NCBI GenBank assembly: GCA_965224565.1
Contig: CBDCZN010000002.1
Coordinates: 602,570-666,569, forward strand
Length of the DNA: 64,000 nt
Direction of reading: 5' to 3'
DNA from: Methylococcales bacterium
GTDB taxonomy: Bacteria; Pseudomonadota; Gammaproteobacteria; Methylococcales; DRLZ01
The notes below the pieces were generated by a model. It saw only the letters and a list, made by a program, of their open reading frames with translations. It was not told the DNA's origin and did not search any database. The translations under genes and the position numbers were made by a program. Below, in pieces: positions 57,764 to 64,000 of the stretch (the first letter of the stretch is position 1; each line of letters starts with the position of its first letter).

Positions 57764-58231
57764 TTAGACCAAGCCTTTTAAATCTATATTGAAAATTGAT
57801 TGAGTTTGTTGACCCTGGTGATTATGATATGTTACCTGACCATCCTCCGTTACTAGCCAAACTTCTTTTGCGCCCGCTTCTAAAAACAATACAACCTTGT
57901 CGATCATTTCTTCTCGCGTATTTGAGGGAGAAATAATTTCCACACATAATTCTGGTGCTGATAATGCATAGACATCTTTTATATGCTTTTGCACATATTC
58001 TTTGGAGCCCCACGCCACATCAGGCACACGAATTCCTTGCGTTGTTTGCACTGCAAGCTCGGTAAATACTTCGCCATCTAATTGATTACCCAATAATTTA
58101 GTTAATCTTCCTTGCAACAAACTATGAATAAATGATGCCGGGGACATTTCTATTATACCTTTTTCATTCAGTTCTATTTTATAAGGTAGATCATGTAATG
58201 ATTTGTCTGCTAAAACATCTTGCCATTGCAT
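57764..58231 (-). CDS. Uma2 (DUF820) family putative endonuclease, short type (1 of a tandem triplet)
   Basis: MQWQDVLADKSLHDLPYKIELNEKGIIEMSP...VPDVAWGS...ELCVEIISPSNTREEMIDKVVLFLEAGAKEVW. The start is at the ATG at 58231, preceded by ggag (Shine-Dalgarno sequence); the track ORF extends to 58270. Confidence 0.75.
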   Translation of the reverse strand: MQWQDVLADKSLHDLPYKIELNEKGIIEMSPASFIHSLLQGRLTKLLGNQLDGEVFTELAVQTTQGIRVPDVAWGSKEYVQKHIKDVYALSAPELCVEIISPSNTREEMIDKVVLFLEAGAKEVWLVTEDGQVTYHNHQGQQTQSIFNIDLKGLV

Positions 58232-58351
58232 GTTTTCTCCTATTTTGTTGCTAATGCTAAAGATACTCATAATAAACGGAGTTGTGTCTCAGGCGGGGTC
58301 AGGATTTAAGGACTTTACCTCTATAGCTCCATTATATGATAGGGCTAAATA

Positions 58352-58828
58352 CTATTGTTTTTTTATTGTCTGCGCAGTCGGTGCAATGCTACTTTCTTTA
58401 ATTTCGCCCGTATGTGTATAGGTGTTTATTCTTCCATTCTCATAGACTATCCATACTTCATTTGCACCTTTTGCAAGATAGAGATTAACTTTAGTAGCTA
58501 TTTCTTCCTTTGAATTGGATGGAGAAACAATTTCAACACAAATCTCTGGTGCTTTTGGGTAAGGTGTTTTGTAGGAAAATTTGTTTATAAAATCATTTGA
58601 AGCCCAGGCTACGTCCGCTACTTTTACGCCGTCAGCTGTTTGGATAGAACATTCTGCTATGACTTCTCCTTTTGGTAGCTTACTATTTAAATTAATGCTA
58701 ATTTGTACTTGTATGCGACCATGTTGATTAGAAGCTGGACTCATTAGAATGTTGCCGAATTTGTTCAGCTCAATTTTAAAAGGAAGGTCTTGTAGTAAAG
58801 GGTTGTTGATGACTTCAGACCATTGCAT
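58352..58828 (-). CDS. Uma2 (DUF820) family putative endonuclease, short type (2 of 3)
   Basis: 158 aa. MQWSEVINNPLLQDLPFKIELNKFGNILMSP...VADVAWAS...EICVEIVSPSNSKEEIATKVNLYLAKGANEVW. Confidence 0.75.
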   Translation of the reverse strand: MQWSEVINNPLLQDLPFKIELNKFGNILMSPASNQHGRIQVQISINLNSKLPKGEVIAECSIQTADGVKVADVAWASNDFINKFSYKTPYPKAPEICVEIVSPSNSKEEIATKVNLYLAKGANEVWIVYENGRINTYTHTGEIKESSIAPTAQTIKKQ

Positions 58829-59071
58829 TTTACACCTCTACAATCATAATATTTTCTTAAGAAAATAAGCGTTAAGTAATTACCGGGATTGGATCAAACC
58901 TGTGGATTTAATAATTTTCTATAACTTCTAACTATATAATAAGCTGAAATATATTTTATTTTTGCATTGGTGAAATATCATTAGCCTCAAACTTGCCCCG
59001 TTACCTTTTCTCTACCTTTTGTGTTAATTGCACGAAAAAATCACTGTAATGCAAAAAAAAAAAACAGAAAA

Positions 59072-59542
59072 TTAAATACTTGATGGAAAACTAACAGCCA
59101 CATTTGAGCTTTCCAGCTCACCTTCTTTTACAAAAAAACTCATATTACCAAGACTGTCACATACCCAAAACTCTAAAGCCCCTTGCAGAAAATATAATTC
59201 TTTTTTCTCATTTAGTTCACCTTTTGTGTTGGAAAAAGAAATTACTTCAATACAAATCTCGGGGGCTATTGAGCATTCAACCTCATTTTTTATTTTTTCC
59301 AATAAGTCATTTGATGCCCAGGCAACATCGGCTACTTTTGTTCCCTGTTGTGTGCTGATGGCGCATTCAGCTAAAGCCTCGCCTCCCGTCAAGCATTGAT
59401 ACAAGTTGCCGATGATTTTTCCTTGAAGAATAGAATGATTAACTTTGACCGGAGTCATCAATACTTTCCCTTGGTTATCGAGTTCTATCTTGAACGGAAT
59501 ATTTTTAAGGTATTGATTTTCACATGCTTCTTGCCACTGCAT
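59072..59542 (-). CDS. Uma2 (DUF820) family putative endonuclease, short type (3 of 3)
   Basis: 156 aa. MQWQEACENQYLKNIPFKIELDNQGKVLMTP...VADVAWAS...EICIEVISFSNTKGELNEKKELYFLQGALEFW. Confidence 0.75.
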   Translation of the reverse strand: MQWQEACENQYLKNIPFKIELDNQGKVLMTPVKVNHSILQGKIIGNLYQCLTGGEALAECAISTQQGTKVADVAWASNDLLEKIKNEVECSIAPEICIEVISFSNTKGELNEKKELYFLQGALEFWVCDSLGNMSFFVKEGELESSNVAVSFPSSI

Positions 59543-59808
59543 ATAAAATTTCCTTTTACTATTATGTTAATCTGGCAACAGGTTGAGGCTGACGGCTAAA
59601 ATTAAGGGCACTGATTTCTTAAAACAAAAAACTTACCAAATAAGAGAGAGTTAGCTTCCTATTCTACACATCGCTATTTATCAAATGCATTCGCTAACTC
59701 TAACATAAAATCTTTGTAAGGATTTTTATAGATATTACCCACTTGAAACAGGAGCTAAATCAGTTGCTTTTATGCCTTTAGGTGTCAGGATTGATTGCTC
59801 TGGCATCA

Positions 59809-62058
59809 TTAGTTTTTCTGGTAATTATATTGATAAACATATTTACCATATCCATATCGTGATGAACTTAGTGGCAACTGATTGAAAACAATGCCTTTTA
59901 TATCAACATCGTTTTGCTTTAATCGTTTTACGCATTGTTGAAGCTCTCTTAATGGGTGTTCACCTGCTTTAACAACCATTAGCGTTGCACTGACCATACG
60001 ACCAATTATACAAGCATCGGTTACTGCCAATACTGGTGGGGAATCAATAATAATATGATCATAATGTCGATCTAAGACTTCAAGCAATTTTCCAAAACGC
60101 TCGTGTAATAATAATTCTGATGGGTTTGGGGGTATAGCTCCGGTAGGAATAAAATCGATATCGCCTGCCTCAATAGTCTGTATCCCTTCAGCCGGTATTG
60201 TGATTTCTTCCGAAATCAGATCCGATAATCCATTTTCTCGGGTTACGCCAAGTGATTTGTTCAATACACCTTTACGCAAATCAGCGTCAATTAATAATAC
60301 TTTCTTTCCTGAATTAGCCAATACAATGGCCAGATTGATTGAAATAAAAGTCTTTCCTACATTTGGGCTGGGGCCAGTAATCATAATAATGTTGTTTTTT
60401 GCTTCCAGGAATGCAAAATGCAATGTTGTACGCAGACTACGCAAACTTTCTATCGCCATATCTTCAATATCCTCTAATGCCAGAATGACAGGAGAATTAG
60501 CAGTCGATTTGTTTTTTTTCTGTTGATTGTTTAACTTTTGTTGAAAATCGCTATGGGGAACAGTTGCATAAACGGGTATGTTGAGATGTTTTTCTATAAT
60601 GTCTGGATCTTCTATACCATGGCTCATCATCTTACGTATAAAGACCAAAGCCGTACCTAGCATTACACCTAAAACAGATGCCAGCGCAATTATTAGTGCT
60701 TTTTGGGGTTTAACTGGCTTGGTTGGCAATACTGCATAATCAATTATCCTTACATTTCCAACGGTTCCAGCTTTGGCGACTTTGAGTGTTTGTAAATTGT
60801 TCAGCAGCGTCGTATATAACTCTGTATTAACCTTGACATCTCTGGATAGCCTGAGAATGACTTGCTGAGTTTCAGGTAATTCAGCAATTTTTTTGTTTTG
60901 AGCATTTAACTGGGTACGAAGTCTGTTAATTTGTTTATCAATTGTTACAACGGATGGATGTGAAGGTGTAAAGCTGCGGCGTAATTCTTCGCGGTTTTGT
61001 TGTAATAGTGTTATTTGGGTTCTATTTTCAACAACACCGCCTAAAATGCTCTGTGTTTCTAGATTTAAATCTATGGAGCCTTTGTTTAGTCTGTATTCGT
61101 TTAATGCGGCGGTTGCGGCTTCTAGTTGATCTTTGATTAGTGGTAGTTGTTTATCCAGAAACTCTAGTTTATTTTGTGCTTCTGCCGATTTTTGTTCTAC
61201 ATTTAATTGAACATAAATATTAGCGATTTTATTCAGTACTTCCATGGCCATAACAGGTGATGCTGATTCCATGGTAAAACTAAGAATACCTGTTCCCTTG
61301 CCTTTTTCTGAAACGGATAATTTCTTTTGTAATGAGCTAATTGTTTCTATATGTGATTGCCTGCTGATTTTAAAATGTGTGCCAGGTCTGGCTTTAAGCA
61401 AGGATACAAAGAGACGAAAGGAGACATCTTCGCCTGCAATCGGTCTGTTGATGAATTTTCCAACTTCGCCTTCGGCTAGAAATTGGTTGTTATTATCGAC
61501 TATTTTAAATAACTTATTTCTACCTGTGATTAGAGTTAATTCTTCCCCGATCCAACTTGTAGGCAGTACTAAAGTATCGACTTTAATTAACTCGCCTCCC
61601 CAGGCGTAATCAGAATAACCGAACAAGGGGGCGGCAACTTTATCTTTGTTGCCTAATTGAAAGTATCTGGCAATCGCTTTACCAATCAGTGGAAAAAATT
61701 TAGGTTGAGCGGTGATTTCCATATTTAGAGCTTTAACCGCCGCGCCCAATACCATTCTGGATTTAATGATTTCTATTTCCGCGTCTACCGGTACTTTGCT
61801 TTCTATTAATTCAGCCAGAGGATCCAGAGTTCCTAAAGGTTGCGATGATTCTTCAACCTGAAGCATGGCATTTGCTTGATAGATAGGGGTATCCAATATT
61901 GCCTTTGCTGTTCCTACGAGTAATGCGATTGTTGTTATTGCAATAATCAGCCATTTATTATCAAACAAAGTGACAATTATCTCTCCTAAATCTATTTCGT
62001 CATCATCTTGAGTTTGGTAACTATTTAAAGTCTGATTAATACTTGAATTGTCTGACAT
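59809..62058 (-). CDS. wzc: Polysaccharide co-polymerase / tyrosine autokinase (PCP-2a, Wzc)
   Basis: 749 aa. Wzz-like N-terminus with 2 TM helices and a periplasmic coiled coil, Walker A ITGPSPNVGKTFISINLA, and the C-terminal Tyr cluster RYGYGKYVYQYNYQ. Confidence 0.9.
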   Translation of the reverse strand: MSDNSSINQTLNSYQTQDDDEIDLGEIIVTLFDNKWLIIAITTIALLVGTAKAILDTPIYQANAMLQVEESSQPLGTLDPLAELIESKVPVDAEIEIIKSRMVLGAAVKALNMEITAQPKFFPLIGKAIARYFQLGNKDKVAAPLFGYSDYAWGGELIKVDTLVLPTSWIGEELTLITGRNKLFKIVDNNNQFLAEGEVGKFINRPIAGEDVSFRLFVSLLKARPGTHFKISRQSHIETISSLQKKLSVSEKGKGTGILSFTMESASPVMAMEVLNKIANIYVQLNVEQKSAEAQNKLEFLDKQLPLIKDQLEAATAALNEYRLNKGSIDLNLETQSILGGVVENRTQITLLQQNREELRRSFTPSHPSVVTIDKQINRLRTQLNAQNKKIAELPETQQVILRLSRDVKVNTELYTTLLNNLQTLKVAKAGTVGNVRIIDYAVLPTKPVKPQKALIIALASVLGVMLGTALVFIRKMMSHGIEDPDIIEKHLNIPVYATVPHSDFQQKLNNQQKKNKSTANSPVILALEDIEDMAIESLRSLRTTLHFAFLEAKNNIIMITGPSPNVGKTFISINLAIVLANSGKKVLLIDADLRKGVLNKSLGVTRENGLSDLISEEITIPAEGIQTIEAGDIDFIPTGAIPPNPSELLLHERFGKLLEVLDRHYDHIIIDSPPVLAVTDACIIGRMVSATLMVVKAGEHPLRELQQCVKRLKQNDVDIKGIVFNQLPLSSSRYGYGKYVYQYNYQKN

Positions 62059-62433
62059 CTGATTAAAAAACCTTCTGATTTGCTTTATCGTGGCGGGCGA
62101 TTATGACTTATTTTCAGGTTTGGAAACCCACGCTGATGCAATTTAGCGCATCTAGCCCAACATGCTGAATATGGATCATATCTTAACTGAATGGTGGTGA
62201 AGTTCATTGAGGGAATGCAGTGAATAGCACCACTGCAACACAGAACATAAGAATATCCAAGTCAAGATATCCACAGCGATGAGGAATCAGGTTCAATCGC
62301 TATGACAACAAAGAAGTGTGTCGATCAAACAACACTTAATAAGCACTGGTGTTGGATACGTTACACTTTGATAACCCCGCGAAAGATACTGCATCCCTAT
62401 GCACTATAACGAGAATATCAGGGATATTAAAAT

Positions 62434-63636
62434 TTATTGTCCGATGAATGGCTGTACTTTAATTGACCCATCAAATGCATTTAACAGAGAAATGGTTGGT
62501 TGAATCTGGGCAATAATTTGATTCCAGCGAATACCTTCGGCACGGTCGATATAAACCACGTCTCGCGGTTGAAGAGGAAAACGGTCTGCCAATAATAATG
62601 CATCGGGTGATTTCGCATCTAGATGAAAGATTTCAGGTTTTCCAAGCCCCCCTCTAAAAACAAAAACTCTGGCTGGATCTGATGTTGTTTGATCTGGGGC
62701 ACCCGCATCGCTGATAGCTTCAGTTAATGTCATTCTTGCTTTGTTCATGAATATGCTGCGTGATCTTGCTGAACCTGTCCCAGAAGAGCCTGTTTCCCCC
62801 AGCACAAACACTTTGTTGAAATTATTATCTGGCACATTTATTACATCACCATGCTTAAGCATGACATTTTGACTAATGTCCCCACCTTCGTACAGGGCTA
62901 ATAAATTAATGCTGTATGTTTTATCATCTCTGGTTAAGGTGATGTTGCGTTGATCTGAGTCCTTTGTAACGCCACCAGCACTGTTAATGGCTTCTAAAAC
63001 TGTTAGTGGAATATCCTTAACGAGTTGAATTCCTGGTTGTGCCACTTCTCCCACAACGTAAACCCGTTGGCTACGATAGGATGCTACGCGCACGTCCAGT
63101 TGTAGGCGTTCAATATAGTTAGATACTTTTCGAGTTAATTCTTCTCGAATTTCCTCTACAGTTCTGCCTGCTGCTTTTATAACGCCTGCATAAGGATAGT
63201 AAATATTTCCGTCTTCCCCGACTATATTACCTGCTGTTTCCGCAGATCGGAATTCACCAGCGGGTATGGTTAATTCTGGATGTTCCCACACTGTGATATT
63301 GAGAATATCGCGTGGGCCAACACGATACTGAGTATATGTTTCCTGGTCTGGAGTACCTTTTTTAGTTTTCGATCCAATTCGGTAATCAAAATAATGGTTT
63401 GCAACATTGGCAGGGCTTAAGCTACGACTATTGTTATCTTTTTCCAAGTCAATAATTAATTGGGCAGTAATGTTTTGTATGTTTAGTTTTTTTAAAATGG
63501 TTTCATTGTTTTTAGTAACTGGCATTTCTTCGCTGGATTCACTGGAAAAATGCCCCATATGCATACCAGGAATGATAGAGCAACCAGTAAGGTTGAGTGA
63601 GCTAAGCAGAGTTAAAATTAAGATTGTTTTGCGCAT
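62434..63636 (-). CDS. wza: Outer-membrane polysaccharide export lipoprotein (Wza/OPX family)
   Basis: The start is set at MRKTILILTLLSSLNLTGC (lipobox); the track ORF has a 60-codon upstream extension. YRVGPRDILNITVWEHPELT is the Poly_export motif, and SLBB-like repeats follow. Confidence 0.85.
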   Translation of the reverse strand: MRKTILILTLLSSLNLTGCSIIPGMHMGHFSSESSEEMPVTKNNETILKKLNIQNITAQLIIDLEKDNNSRSLSPANVANHYFDYRIGSKTKKGTPDQETYTQYRVGPRDILNITVWEHPELTIPAGEFRSAETAGNIVGEDGNIYYPYAGVIKAAGRTVEEIREELTRKVSNYIERLQLDVRVASYRSQRVYVVGEVAQPGIQLVKDIPLTVLEAINSAGGVTKDSDQRNITLTRDDKTYSINLLALYEGGDISQNVMLKHGDVINVPDNNFNKVFVLGETGSSGTGSARSRSIFMNKARMTLTEAISDAGAPDQTTSDPARVFVFRGGLGKPEIFHLDAKSPDALLLADRFPLQPRDVVYIDRAEGIRWNQIIAQIQPTISLLNAFDGSIKVQPFIGQ

Positions 63637-63822
63637 CGTCTGATTTTTATCTGTGTAGTCAGGGCCCCCTAAGTGGGAAGTCTGATGACGGTTGTATAAG
63701 CTCAAGGGAGCTTCCGATGTTAAACTTTTCTGGTTTTGTTGAAATTCCTTTTGCAGGTGTACACCTGCAAATTTAGATGGAATTTGTATCAACATGCGAA
63801 CATTGAGTATGATCACGCCCTT

Positions 63823-63983
63823 AGGAGCGAGGATTTAATAATATACGAATATTGACTTGTCTTTTTACCCGTCTTCCGCGTTGTAGAAACAGTTGCGTAG
63901 CTAGCTATGCGCCTATTTCTACGCCTTGAAGACGAACAAAAACCCTGCGTCAAACTTTCGTATATTATTAAATCCTCGCTCCT
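63823..63983. repeat. 161-bp palindromic (MITE/ERIC-like) element upstream of wza
   Basis: Perfect 27-bp arms aggagcgaggatttaataatatacgaa (63823-63849) versus ttcgtatattattaaatcctcgctcct (63957-63983). The inner arms cgtcttc/gaagacg and gcgtagcta/tagctatgcgc pair around a central tagcta. Confidence 0.7.
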
Positions 63984-64000
63984 TAGTGTTCTATGTCGCA

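Larger units (their letters stand above)
48160..59800. other. Accessory island (TA modules, Uma2 genes, IS elements, gene fragments) inserted inside the polysaccharide locus
   Basis: It is bounded by glycan genes (46696-48147 on one side, wzc at 59809 on the other) and contains no glycan-related gene. Confidence 0.7.
19554..63636 (-). other. Composite Wzx/Wzy-dependent polysaccharide (capsule/EPS/O-antigen-like) biosynthesis and export locus, interrupted by accessory DNA
   Basis: Co-oriented minus-strand genes: wza, wzc, 3 GT4 glycosyltransferases, wzx, wzy-like, aminotransferases, dehydratase, sugar nucleotidyltransferase and the initiating phosphoglycosyltransferase. Only the AAA ATPase, one IS transposase and vapBC are on the + strand. 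Confidence 0.85.

Noticed and set aside
63637-63816. 60-codon N-terminal extension of wza in the ORF track
   Set aside because: The internal Met gives a canonical lipoprotein signal peptide (MRKTILILTLLSSLNLTGC). The extension has no signal-like features.

Overview
The window is probably from a methylotroph or methanotroph-type Gammaproteobacterium. I infer this only from a complete fhcBADC operon (the H4MPT-pathway formyltransferase/hydrolase complex). All domain calls come from reading motifs by eye; no searches were run.

Positions 1-19.5 kb hold ordinary core genes: the 5' part of a secreted Ig-repeat protein running off the left edge, fhcBADC, a DUF4124 protein, pyrE, hemW, a 2-Cys peroxiredoxin, asmA, mutY and a DsbA-like protein.

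Positions 19.5-63.8 kb form one long polysaccharide locus of the Wzx/Wzy type. It is almost entirely on the minus strand and visibly A+T-rich. It runs from wza and wzc through glycosyltransferases, wzx, a wzy-like gene and sugar-modifying enzymes to the initiating phosphoglycosyltransferase. This locus is heavily invaded and rearranged.

The most notable content:
- A two-gene module, a Uma2/DUF820 nuclease plus an AlbA_2(Schlafen-like)-HATPase_c_4-wHTH protein, is present as two ~2.2-kb direct repeats plus a third remnant.
- There are eight Uma2-family genes in 31 kb, including a tandem triplet next to wzc.
- An ~11.5-kb island (48.2-59.7 kb) is inserted between the export genes and the rest of the locus. 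It contains VapBC, HepT/MNT, UPF0175/DUF3368 (toxin with an in-frame stop), a retropepsin-like protease, two IS elements and several gene fragments.
- There is an AbiE-like module whose toxin is split near an A9 run, and an IS200-like Y1 transposase.
- The phosphoglycosyltransferase carries a C-terminal membrane/Rossmann module that normally forms the N-terminus of CapD/PglF dehydratases, while the neighbouring dehydratase lacks that module.
- At least five 93-167 bp imperfect palindromic (MITE/ERIC-like) elements are present.

No rRNA, tRNA or CRISPR array was seen.
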